Made by a program: the position numbers and the translations under genes. Shown piece by piece: positions 40,495-53,391 of a DNA stretch of 64,000 nt. Every line of letters starts with the position of its first letter. Positions within the stretch are counted from its first letter, which is position 1. A model generated the notes under the pieces. The model was given only the letters and a program-made list of their open reading frames with translations, made no database searches and was not told the DNA's origin. The stretch is taken from the NCBI GenBank assembly GCA_977020255.1, contig CDROCS010001369.1, positions 248,001 to 312,000 of the forward strand. The letters run 5' to 3'. This DNA comes from Obrimoposthia wandeli (taxonomy: Eukaryota).

Positions 40495-42235
40495 TATTGT
40501 ATTTAACCATGTAAAAATTTTATGGTCGTTCACAAGTTAATAGTTGGATTTGGAACAAATTTGATCATTTTATTACATAGTTGTATTAGTCTATCAAAAT
40601 TGAGGTGAATAATACTATTATGGCCTCGCATAAGTTAAGGGGTCCTTGTGAAAAATGTAAAAATACTTGTGATTTCAGTAAATAATAATATTTTTAATTT
40701 AAATGTGTGTTAAATTAATTTGTTAGTATTTGGTAAAGTTAAACAACTTTTAATTTAACAGTTTTTTTAAATAGAATATTAATATGTTATTATTTAAAAT
40801 AAAGAATAAATCAAAATGTTTAATAAAATCTCAAAATACTTTACTATTTTTTTTCTCGAAGATATTGAAATTTACGCAAAGATTTTATTGTTTATATATT
40901 TAAACAAATTGGTTTTGAAACACAAATAGTAAACAAATTTTAATTATGAAATAAAATATTAAAGTATAATTTGTTGCAATAAAACGTTTTTAAGCAATAA
41001 TTTACAATTTGATAAATATTCATCTTACGATAAGATTTTTTAACGGCTTCATTGACGTATATTCGAAAGTCTTATAACATTATTCTATAATCTGAGTGTA
41101 ACTTTAGAAAAATAAATCAAAATGTTTAATAAAAACTCAAATACTTTACTATTTTTTTTCTCGAAAATATTTAAATTTACACAAAGTTTTCATTTATTCT
41201 ATTGATGTATTTAAACAAATTTGTTTATAAACATAAATATCAAACAAATTTTAAGTTTACGGCATTAGTCGGGCTTTGTCCACATAAACATTAAAAAAAT
41301 CGCTATTTGCAAAAAATTAGGATTACAGTTTTTTTTCTAAATAAAAATTTAAATCTCAATTATTAAATAAGAAGTATATAGAAATATAATTATAATAATG
41401 AAAAATATTAAAAATAACAAAATAATTACAATATAAAAATAACAAAATAATTACAATAAAAAAATAATTTTAAACTTATACAAATAGTAGCATAATTTTA
41501 ATAATTTACCACGTTTTATAAGTGATGATTTATTCTAAGTTTCTTAATTTATAATTATTATTAATTGAAATATATATTGTAATATTTTGTTATGGATCTA
41601 ATTATGTTTAATTACAACATATTTAAAAGAAATAATCTGCAAACATGCGAAGAACTTCAAAAATATGGTATTTTTTAATACTTTAATTGATCAAATATGT
41701 CAATTTAGAGTTTATTCAAAAGGAAAAAACCTGTAGATATATTTATTACCTTATTAATAATAATGAATTTATAAACGTGTAGGTTAGTAAAATATCTGAA
41801 AGTAACGGAATTTAACGGCTGTTTTATTGATAAACATAAACAAAGTTCTGGCAATATCTAACTTCAGCCGATTTTACAACAACAATTTCAAATAATTTAC
41901 CTTTTAATCATAATTTTAATGATTTTGTCTTACATTTAGTAATTAGTGCTATTAACAAGAAAAATGATAATTATATTCTCTTCCTAATAAATGGATATTT
42001 TTGTTTATATTTTGTATAACTTGAACAAATATTAACAAATTTAAAATATTATTATTTTTTGAAATTAAAAGTATTTTTCATTTTTCACAAGGACTCCTTA
42101 ATTTATGCATGGATACAGGTATGGTTGAACTCAATTTTGATAGAAAAATACAACCATGTAATAAAATAATCAAGTTTCTTCCAAATCCAAACCTTAACCT
42201 TTGGACGACCATAAAAATTTTACATGGTTAAACAC
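40495..42235. mobile_element. Non-autonomous foldback-like element with ~190-bp imperfect inverted ends (intronic)
   Basis: 40500-40690 is the imperfect reverse complement of 42050-42235 (tttaaccatgtaaaa..ttatggtcgt..ggatttggaa..ctatcaaaattgag..ccttgtgaaaaatg). Internal direct repeat ~40800-40930 vs ~41110-41240. Confidence 0.7.
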
Positions 42236-45200
42236 ACAATTGGAATTTTGTTCAGCATTCTTATTAGGAGGTCTGTGAAAGAATGTCCTTGTCTGACGAA
42301 TTGCGCGTCCTTTGCGAGGCATATTGCACTGAGATTGTAACTAGAATATATTTCCCACAATGCTAAATAACAATGAGGATTAAAAACGGCTAGAAATTCG
42401 AGATATATATGATTGAAAAAGAGCTAAATGTCGTTGGATACCACAATCAATATTAATTCTGGAACAGGCCCACTCGAAGCTTGTCGTTGATTGCCCACAT
42501 AGGTTTTGTCTCAAAATAGACTATAGTCATCGACAAAATTAATTGCATCGTTGGAAATTAAATAAGCGCGAATAGGCGTTTCTAAGGCCCAAAGGCGTTG
42601 CTATGGAGCCACGCCCACCTACCAGGTGTCACACTCTGCCCCATATCTCAACGGGGGGTAGATTTTTTGTTGTTTTCTCATTCCTAATTTTTACTCAAAT
42701 TTTTTTTTTTTTTTTACACTCAAATCTCAAAACCATGAAAGTACCAAAAAAATCGGAATTTAAAACCTACCTTAAAGATGTATTGATGAACTGGCAGACA
42801 ATTAACATTGTAAAACTAAGTAACTTTCATTTAATAAAACTTTTAAAGACTTCGCACGTTTTCTAATTAAAATGCTGCAGATATGTTGGTGCTTGTATTG
42901 ATGATTTCCATACTCGATTTCCACAACTCTATCTTGATAAATCATCAAACCGTCAGCAAGTAATCTTAAATGAAGTTGATTGAATAATATTTCTTTATAT
43001 ATTTTTTGTAAATGGAGGGTAGAATTGAATTTAAAATTGTAATAGTAATTTAGAAATGCTTTATCTTTGGCATGCTGAGCAGAGCATTTGGCGCCTTCAT
43101 CACCAGTTTCATTTACCAAAAGGCCCACAAGGCATTCATATTAAATCGCGCGACTTCAATGAAGAAAACCACGCGTTGTACCCGTTTAAAATTTGAGAAT
43201 AAGTTAAAAAAGTTGCACTTCGTGTACTTCTAATAATTCGCTTTACCAGATACAGCTACACTCCAAATCTCAGCAAGTACCAAGAGAAACGTCGGAGTGA
43301 ACCGGCTACGATGGATTGAAAAACCAAATATCTAATATTTCTTAACATAACTCTAGGAAAACCATCTTTTACGCTATACAGCATATATAGGAAATTCAAG
43401 AAATATTGGGATTTACAAAAACTAATTTAAAGTTTTTCCCGTTTAAGAATTTTTGCTATAAAATATTACATTTCTATTTTGAAGCATATCTGAGTAGCTG
43501 ATATGACTAAGTTTAGGTGTTATCTTACATATTCTCTTAGACTGGAACCTGATGTTGCAGGAACTCTTCATAATGCTTTTTAAATGGAAAAGTTTTTTTT
43601 AAACATTTTTAAACTATTTTAATAAGAAAATATCTGAAAATAACTTTTAAATTTTATTTTATAAAGTTAAAATTTTTAATCCAATTTCTGTTCGAATGAC
43701 ATAACGACTCGACTATCTTCATTGAAGAATCTCTCAACATTTTGCCCAGTATACGTTCGTACACATTGCAATTATGAAAGAGCGTTTTCAGCGTTGACAT
43801 GATCTTCAATATTGGACTCATTATCGTCATGTTCTTCATTTGTTTGATTTAACAATATAGTGAATGTTAAGTCTGTATAATAATTCAAATTATATTCAAC
43901 AGCAAATCTGCTGTCATCTTTCTGTGTGCTCTTCTAAGTAAAGCGCACGGTGCACAAATGCAGGTAGTTGTGCAATCATATGAAGACAATTAGTTACGCA
44001 ATTATACAGGTACAAACATTCGATTAATTAGTTTATTGTGAGATTATAATTATAATTATTTACCTAAAAGTGAATACGTACATTTACTGTAAATCGCATC
44101 ATAATACGTACGGTCTGCTTCACTGAAACAAGACAAGATAATGTTATCAGTCATATCTGCTATTGGAATTAAGTCAAAGGTCAAACATCGGTGAATGACT
44201 TCTAAAGTTTGACTTGAATAACTGTTGGAACGCTGAAGGAACCGAGTAGTTTCATAAAAATACTTCGTCGACAAATTTCGTTTGCTTGTTATTTAAATTG
44301 ATTTTTTGATACGCTTTTTTATATCTTGTATTATCTTTTTTAATAGTACGTAAGTTTTTTGTAAGAAACTTGCCCGATTATAAGGGTGACTGTTAAACGA
44401 ATATATTTATTAATTAAATGTCACTTTAAAGATTATGGCATGGAATTACGAGTGTGACGGATTTTCAAGAGTCAGATTAACGATGTTAAACTTTATTTAT
44501 ATTCTTATCCATCCAGTCTATCCATTTTCAACTTTTGCTCCATCTCTTTTCATGTATTTTACAAAAATAGTGTTTATCCTATGGCAGCAGTCAATTTATT
44601 CAGTTGCTCCGAGTAAAATAGAGTTTATTTAAGTATTATATTGAAATTTTCATTAGTAGGAGCCCAATGTCTCCACTTTGAACATATCTGGACGATTTAT
44701 TGGTGAATTCAATTGTTTCGTTTGTAAAAAATTTTTATTCTTTCATATTCTCATACCATTGACCAAAAATAGGCAAAAACTAGTAGAAAATTATTATTTT
44801 ATTTTATTTGAGTTATTACTTTAAATGCTAATTGATACTAATTGCTATTCTTTGTAATTGCGGGGTTTTCTTCTGTATTTGTAAGCCGCTCATCTATTCA
44901 ACGAATCTTTATTGCATCGTGCGATAATTGATAATTTAGTTTGGGCTCTTTATAGAATGCAATACTTGTTGATTATGTGCGCCTTTTCTGACAAAGTAAT
45001 TTGCACTATTAGTCTTTCTTGAACGCTCTTGCATGTTTGTTTCAATCGATTTTGAGGTAAATATGACTGTATTTTATGTTGAAAATTTCTTTCTCATAAT
45101 AATTTGGGGTACTTGATTACAAATACTGATTACATTTATAGTTTTCCTATGTCGTAATTTTTGCGTTAAATGAAAACATTTTATAGTTAGATGTACTAGG

Positions 45201-46489
45201 ATTATGATATTTTTAATTTCATAAATATTAAATGCTATAATATAATTGGATATGGAAACGTTGATGGAAATGTTAGATCATAATTTTAGATTTAGTTTCC
45301 CAAAATATCATTCCCCAAACATGAAAAGTAAATTAGAAGTTTTATTATTAAAATATATTATACTAATAAATGGTTTAAGTCGGTTAATTGAAATGGATTT
45401 GCATAATAACGTTTTGTACGTATTCCAGTTGATTACTACCTCTTCAAAATAAATTATGGGGTTATCTAATAAACCGCAAAGGTAAAATATAAACATCACG
45501 TGTTAAACAAAACAGCTGTATCCTTTTATTGATTATTATTATTATTACTTTCATCGTAGTAAAGCTTATTAAAGCAATGTAAATGTTGCCGACTTTGAAG
45601 AGATGAAATATTTATTGCGAGTTCAGAGTCAATTCTAAAGTTTCAAACGATAAAATATTTAAACGCATGATTGATAATTATAATACCATGCAATTAGAAC
45701 TCATAAAATTGCTCAACTATTAACTCACTACATCAAATTTAGAAGTAGTAAATCAAGTGACAATTAATTGTTATCGCAGATGATAAATTCTACAGTAATA
45801 TTATTTTGTTAGGCGTCTCCAAAGATTTGCGTTCCGTTATATATGCTGTAATTTTTAGTTCATAATTCTAACAGCTCCCTTCATATCATATTCGGATTCT
45901 AATTTATCCAGCTGATGGTATTGTGTGTTCAATAAATGTGCTTTAACGGGCTTCTTGTAATTTTGTATGGAATTTTCATGAATTTATTTGCGTAGTTTGC
46001 TAAACACATTTTGAGCAAATGCTGATAACATGTTTTCTTCTTAATTAGTTTTTGAATTTATCATTTATATTTTGTTCTGTCATTTCTCAAATGTATTGTA
46101 GTCTGACTCCTATTATGTTATTAGTTGACATGGATGTGCTGGGTGTTTCTTCAATAAACACTTATTTACAAACGACATTATTTTACGAGCTATTCTTTCT
46201 CTGATGGGTAACCCAACCCCCTTTTAGATGATTATTAATACTTTCTCATTTAAAAAAAATTAAAAACCAAACGTGGAGCTATGTTATGAATCATCTACAG
46301 CTTCTTTTAGTAATATTCTGGAGTATTGTATAGCAGTTAGTTCTTAAAATCTATTTTAGATTATGAAATACTTTGTGTAATTAACATTGTTTGTTTTGAC
46401 AAATAAATATTTTCTTCACTTTATAATTGTATGTCATCTCTATTTTGTTTATTTGTGGAACTACATACACCTAATCTTGTTTCTATCAT

Positions 46490-46850
46490 CTTTCCTGATC
46501 ATACCATCCATTGCACTGCTGATGCAGGCTTTTTTGAACGATTCGATTATCATTGAAGAAGGATGAAGTTCCGCAAATGCTTCCAAGACTCACTTGCATA
46601 CGTCAGTCAGTTTGGTGTTAATGTCTTGTTGTCTGACAACATCCACTCGTTCCTCTTTCATCATATCTTATTCTTAAACGACTTGTTCAGGCAAACATCG
46701 AGAGGTTAGAGAGTTGAGGTGAGACCACTCTGTATGACAGCAATGTATGTTTTCATCTGTTTGATACTGTCAGCCAAATAAATCTTGAACATATCTCATA
46801 CAATTAGGAACGCTTATTTTGAAGTTGTCGGGTAGATCACACCTGATTAA
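46490..46850 (-). mobile_element. pogo-like DDE transposase relic (intronic)
   Basis: IAVIQSGLTSTL*PLDVCLNKSFK..W..SFKKACIS..DG matches pogo AVIPGGLTSxLQPLDVxxNKPFK..SFKKCGIS..DG. Confidence 0.75.
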
Positions 46851-47394
46851 AAATGTTTGTTAGTTTTTAAAAAATGCACGAAATCTACGAATTTTACCAA
46901 TATCAGTATTTTAATAAAATAATTTTTTTAATCTTTAGGGACTTACATGCATTTAATTACGGTATCATTCTTCTTTTAAAATTTGACTCCTATCAAAATT
47001 AAAATATATTTGATCAGCTCAACATTCTCTCTTTTAATTCGCGTTTTTTATTCAAATTCCTCAATTGTTTAATTATATATTCAATAAGAGAGAACATATG
47101 GTCACCGTCACTTCACTGTCAATTAAAAATGCATTGGTAATTATATATTATTTTGTTATTTGAAGTAGGTTAATTAAAAATGTTTTAGTACAAATAATTA
47201 TTTTCTATAAAAAAGGTTATTACAAAGGATAAAGGGCAAGTCCGTATAGAGTAAAGGGGGAAAATGTTAAGGCATTTTTATAATTGAAGGAATGGATAAA
47301 ATATTTAAATTTACAGTTTTACTTTGCAGTCTTTTTTTATTGAATAAAAGGGATTGGCAAAAATGTTTCAACTTAAATTTCTGTATTAATGCAG

Positions 47395-47642
47395 GTCACT
47401 GCACGCGAGCCGTATTCGTGTGGCTGTTCATGTGCGGTGCTGGGGGTCCCATTAAGCCAGTAGCGAACCTGACACGTGTTCTTGTGGCTATGTGGGCACA
47501 TGCAACATGCGTCAGTCGTGTGTTGCTGGGTCGGCACTATCCGATCGATATGCTAACCGGCTACGGGGTGGGCCACCTCAACTACTATCTTGTGATCTTT
47601 CTGGCCAAGCAGATGACTTCCACTTGGCCTGGCAGTCACTAG
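47395..47642 (+). CDS. PLPP6: PLPP6/7-like phosphatase, coding exon 2
   Basis: Acceptor taatgcAG|GT CAC rebuilds PSG-H (motif C2) in phase with exon 1, then SRVLLGRHYPIDMLTG (motif C3) and stop TAG at 47640-47642. Joined product 185 aa; intron 38495-47394. Confidence 0.85.
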
Positions 47643-50525
47643 GCTCTGTGTTTATTTGTTGTGAATTTACCTTTCCATTAAATCACTACCTTATCTTGAA
47701 GGTCTTTCAAACCAGCTGGAGTATCCATTGTGTGCTTGTCACAAAACACCGAACATGGCCTTGCTATCTTAAACTCATTGAAAGCGGCTATATGATCCCA
47801 TTATCTAAATGTTACGAAATTTTGAAACTAAGCTTGAATCGTGTTTACAAGTATATTTGTAAAAGTAAGGAAAATATAATTTTTACTACACTCGCTAAAT
47901 CACTGTATAAAACACAAATGGCTTTAAAATATATAAACATGCTATAGTTAAAGTCTAATAACTCAAAAGCATTTCCTGTTTTCCATTTTCTTTTTTTAAA
48001 TTTTCAGAATACTAGTGTCTTCAGCTACTTAATTTTTTTAAACAGTGTTATATTAGCCGGCAGATTGTTATAAAGATTCGGATCATAAATTTCACATATT
48101 CCATCACTATGTTATCTGAGAATTTAATGATTAATATGCAGTCATCATCGTTGCTCCTAATATGCATATGCATGTTCACTGCACAATGTTGAAGAAGACT
48201 AAAAAAGTATTTTGACTTTTGTGACAGAATAAATGTTTGGTAATAAGTAGGATATTGAATTCAATTCTGACATTGATCGAAAGCCAATGAAGTTTTATTA
48301 AATTTTCACTTGTACTAACACTTTTTTTGAATTGAATACAATTCTAACGAATTGAATTTTTTACAAGAGATTTAATTTAACAGGCCGAAAATTTGATAGA
48401 TGATGCAGTAATTCCTTCTGTGTTTTATCCTACTTCGCGGGCAAATTTCCCGACGCAAAGCAGAATATAAAAGCCGGCCATCGCTGTCTTAAAAAAATGC
48501 CGTTCGATTGTTGTCACCTTGATTAATTAATTTAAACTTTAAATTGGAATATTTAAATTCTTAAAACATACATATATATCATTTATTTGAGGTTACAATT
48601 GAAAGATAGAAACGAAGAGAAAGATATATGTAAAACAAAACTCATGAGAAGGCGTAATTTAGTAATATAAGCATTTTGGGCAGACAAAGAGGTTTAAATA
48701 AAGCTTGAGAGTTATTAGGACTATTATGCAAAGGCAGATGAAGATCAAAACTATTGCAAATAAATATGGAGTTGGAAAATGAAAACTGGAAGAAGAATTA
48801 AACCAATATTTTCATATATTGAAATGAGTTAATCTTAATCGGGTTACATCAATATTACTATCCTTGTTAATAGATGGAATTGATACACACATACTTTTTG
48901 AAGAGTATTGTTTATCGTCTTAAGATAATTTCCTTTTGGATGTTGCAGTAAGTTGATATTTTAAAGTACAAGGTAATTTACTAATTAATTATGAAAATTT
49001 ATCAATGTAATATTATGGTTCGTCAGTAATAAATAAGCAGATAGTAGTAGTTTATAACTTTTAAAATCTGAAATTCATTTCTTAAATTAATAAGATATTT
49101 TTAATCAAATTATCTTTTATCTGTTATCTTTTATACAAGTTTATCAGTATTAAATATATTTTATATCAATATTATAACAGTATATTGGAAGTAGTACGTA
49201 TATTAGTAAACATAATATCAGCAACTTTTATGTCTTTAAAAATAGTATTTAAGTATATGAAATTTTCACACTAGAAAAAAATACTCATAAAAGCTATGCT
49301 TATATGAAATTATTTTAACTCCATTTCTATTTTCATTAATATATACATTACACACATGTTTGACACTGAATATCCAATGATTATGTATCTATGTAATTTA
49401 GTAGTCATCCTATACTATAACTCGACTTATCTTACATTTTAATTGAAATTATTACTGATCTTAATCATTCAATAATTGCATGAGTTTTTCAGTTTCAATG
49501 ATCCATAAATAAACGCTCATCCAATTAAAAATCTTTATCAAAACCCTTAAAGCATTTGTTCACTTGATAAAATTCTGATTTAGCGCATGCATTCAACACG
49601 TTATAGTATTTATCATCCAAACTTACACTACATCTTTAATATGATTCAATGTTCATACTTCTATCTTGAAATTGAGATAAATGGTCTCTGGTTATTATTG
49701 AGAAAAGTATTATCTTCGCATCTATGTACTTGATGAAGAAATTTCCTATACTTGCATTTTCGTCAATAATTTTTAAAAGCTGATAATATTGTATGTTTAT
49801 TAATTTATTTACTATTGCTAATAACTGAATCAATTTAAATGAGAACATGAATTTTGAAATTTTGTATTTGTAAAATATTTAAATGGTTCTCTTTTAGTAG
49901 TCATGATATTCCTAGTTGTAAGTAATTATGTAGTAGGATTAATATTTTCCATATAAATATTTCTGATTTGGTTCATTAGCATATAAATGGCTTCTTGAAC
50001 CAATATAGATACTTTCTCTTGTTAAGATTAGGTTTTGAGTAAAATTAAAAATAAATAATTGTTTTATAGTAAAATGAAAATTCTTGAAAGCAAGGTTGAG
50101 AATTAAATAAATTTTAATTTTAAAATCAAGTTAAATTATTAGGACTAAATTAGGAATAAATATTAAGAGGACCACGAAGGTCGTGTATAATGTGTTGTAT
50201 ATAAGGTTAAAAGTAACTTGTAAAAGTGCAAAAAAATAAATAGCACTGTCAGCAAAAAAGAAGCTAATTAAGAAAAGAGAAAAAGAAAATTAATCAAGGA
50301 AACAACAAAGAAGATTGACAGTCAGCAAAGTAGGCATATTATTTTTTAGCCACTATTTACTGACGTTCAAGGGCCAGGTGCAACTTGCCTCAATTGACTA
50401 TATAAGTCTGCACAAGAACCCCATTTTTGAGATCAACCCGGAACGCCAATACAGGACAGCGCTTCCCAGTCACGGTGAGAAATTATAAAACTAGACGATT
50501 AAGTTATTGATTTTTCCAGAGAAAG

Positions 50526-51126
50526 TCAGCTCACAAGAACGATATTCTTATTTAATCGCCGTCAGCACCAAGAACGATATTCTTATTTAATCGCCGTCAG
50601 CACCAAGAACGATATTCTTATTTAATCGCCGTCAGCACCAAGAACGATATTCTTATTTAATCGCCGTCAGCACCATGAACGATATTCTTATTTAATCGCC
50701 GTCAGCACCAAGAACGATATTCTTAATTGATCGCCGTCAGCACCAAGAACGATATTCTTATTTAATCGCCGTCAGCACCAAGAACGATATTCTTATTTAA
50801 TCGCCGTCAGCACCAAGAACGATATTCTTATTTAATCGCCGTCAGCACCAAGAACGATATTCTTATTTAATCGCAGTCAGCACCAAGAACGATATTCTTA
50901 TTTAATCGCCGTCAGCACCAAGAACGATATTCTTAATTGATCGCCGTCAGCCCCAAGAACGATATTCTTATTTGATCGCCGTCAGCACCAAGAACGATAT
51001 TCTTATTTGATCGCCGACAGCACCAAGAACGATATTCTCATTTGATCGCCGTCAGCACCCAAGAACGATAGTCCTATTCTGATCGCCGTCAGCACACAAA
51101 AACAATATTCCTGTTCTGATCGCCGT
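50526..51126. repeat. 35-bp tandem array (~17 copies) in LTR
   Basis: Unit gtcagcaccaagaacgatattcttatttaatcgcc, no spacers. Confidence 0.95.
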
Positions 51127-51190
51127 GGACTCACGAACAACATCCAGAGAAATTAAAGGTATAATTACCGTAAATCGTAAAATTACCCAT

Positions 51191-52280
51191 ATTGTTAAAA
51201 TATAGTTGTTTACATTGACCCTATTTTGAAAGAATATTTAACTTTAAATTGATTATTGTTAAAATATAGTTGTTCACATTGACCCTATTTTGAAAGGATA
51301 TTTAACTTTAAATTGATTGTTGTTAAAATATAGTTGTTTACATTGACCCTATTTTGAAAGGATATTTAACTTTAAATTGATTGTTGTTAAAATATAGTTG
51401 TTCACATTGACCCTATTTTGAAAAGATATTTAACTTTAAATTGATTATTGTTAAAATATAGTTGTTCACATTGACCCTATTTTTGAAAAGATATTTAACT
51501 TTAAATTGATTATTGTTAAAATATAGTTGTTCACATTGACCCTATTTTGAAAAGATATTTAACTTTAAATTGATTATTGTTAAAATATAGTTGTTCACAT
51601 TGACCCTATTTTGAAAAAAATATTTAACTTTAAATTGATTATTGTTAAAATATAGTTGTTCACATTGACCCTATTTTGAAAAGATATTTAACTTTAAATT
51701 GATTATTGTTAAAATATAGTTGTTCACATTGACCCTATTTTGAAAAGATATTTAACTTTAAATTGATTATTGTTAAAATATAGTTGTTCACATTGACCCT
51801 ATTTTGAAAAGATATTTAACTTTAAATTGATTATTGTTAAAATATAGTTGTTCACATTGACCCTATTTTGAAAAGATATTTAACTTTAAATTGATTATTG
51901 TTAAAATATAGTTGTTCACATTGACCCTATTTTGAAAAGATATTTAACTTTAAATTGATTATTGTTAAAATATAGTTGTTCACATTGACCCTATTTTGAA
52001 AAGATATTTAACTTTAAATTGATTATTGTTAAAATATAGTTGTTCACATTGACCCTATTTTGAAAGGATATTTAACTTTAAATTGATTATTGTTAAAATA
52101 TAGTTGTTCACATTGACCCTATTTTGAAAAGATATTCTAATTTCAATTGATTACTGTTAAAATATAGTTGTTTACATTGACCCTACTTTGAAAAGATATT
52201 CAAATTTCAATTGATTATTGTTAAAATATAGTTGTTTACGTTGACCCTATTTTGAAAAGATATTCAAATTTCAATTGATT
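51191..52280. repeat. 64-bp tandem array (~17 copies) in LTR
   Basis: Unit attgttaaaatatagttgttcacattgaccctattttgaaaagatatttaactttaaattgatt. Confidence 0.95.
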
Positions 52281-52692
52281 TGAAAAATCTATAATTTGAG
52301 CTTATTCGCGAGTTAGAGAAACGACTCTAAAATCTCGATTACCCTTAACTTAAAATCGATACGTGGTTCATCCCCACTTGTGTAGAGACTTACAGAAGTC
52401 TTAGGAATTTTTACTATAACTTTTTAGAAGATACGTGCGTAAACGTATTGTTGTGTTTTAGTCTAGTGTGTTACCAATAAACGATTTCCTACATTAGAGA
52501 ACGTTGTTTAAACCCTTCAGATTAAGAGACGTCAAAACAAACACCTTCAGATAAGTAATTGAGACAGGCAACCATAGCACTAAGTAGGCCACGACCAACT
52601 TTAAGACCTGCTTCTATTAGAACTCACGTTGGGGCCCTCCGCACACAAGAGGATCTATACAAGTCTCGTATAGAAACCGCAACATATTAAAG

Positions 52693-52711
52693 TGGTGCCC
52701 CGAGTGAGGAT
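52693..52711 (+). promoter_or_regulatory. Primer-binding site, elongator tRNA-Met-type
   Basis: TGGTGCCCCGAGTGAGGAT is complementary to the animal elongator tRNA-Met 3' end (..ATCCTCAC(A/T)CGGGGCA-CCA). Confidence 0.8.
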
Positions 52712-52734
52712 AGCTCGTCGGACACAGCGAATTC

Positions 52735-53240
52735 ACAGAGAATAAGTTTCAGCAGAAGAATATAAGTAAATTGAGAATAAGTTTCAGCAGAAGAATATAA
52801 GTAAATTGAGAATAAGTTTCAGAAAAATTGAGAATAAGTTTCAGCAGAAGAATATAAGTAAATTGAGAATAAGTTTCAGCAGAAGAATATAAGTAATTGA
52901 GAATAAGTTTCAGACAAATTGAGAATAAGTTTCAAAAGAAGAGATAAGCAAATTGAGAATAAGTTTCAGAAGAAGATATAAGTAAATTGAGATAAGTTTT
53001 TGAATAAGTTGAGAAATCGAGTAGATTTGTTCCTCGAAGTTAAGAATTTGATAAGTTTTGAGAAATCGAGTAGATTTGTTCCTCGAAGTTAAGAATTTGA
53101 TAAGTTTTGAGAAATTGAGTAGATTGTTCCTCGCGTTAAGAATTTGGTAGAGTTTGTAAAATCGAGTGGATTTGTTCCTCGAGTTCAGTAAATTTGATAA
53201 AGTTGAGAATCGAGTGGATTGTTACTCGAAGTAATTAATT
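52735..53240. repeat. Leader tandem repeats (~35-bp, then ~49-bp units)
   Basis: gagaataagtttcagcagaagaatataagtaaatt and gagaaatcgagtagatttgttcctcgaagttaagaatttgataagtttt units. Confidence 0.85.
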
Positions 53241-53391
53241 GAATAGGTTAAGTCGAGAGACGTGTCCTCGAACTAATTAAAGAGATAAGAAATCGTAAAA
53301 TAAGAAATGTGAAATAAGATAAAATAATAAGTAAATTGATATCGTAAACGAATACATAATTGATAAGACAACGGATAATAGAAAAGGACCC

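Larger units (their letters stand above)
50020..52684 (+). repeat. 5' LTR (2665 bp)
   Basis: TGTTAAG...GCAACA termini. Both ends are homologous to the other LTR copies in the window (3120, 22997-30712). PBS begins 9 bp downstream. Confidence 0.85.

Noticed and set aside
43650-44280. Possible exon (VIHRCLTFDLIP, faintly exportin-like)
   Set aside because: Similarity too short and no supporting neighbouring exons.
48400-48960. Possible Tigger/Jerky N-terminal HTH (KTIANKYGVG)
   Set aside because: One short motif; no TIR or DDE domain found.
50526-51126. 35-bp repeats resembling a CRISPR array
   Set aside because: Units are directly adjacent with no unique spacers, there are no cas genes, and the array lies inside a eukaryotic LTR.
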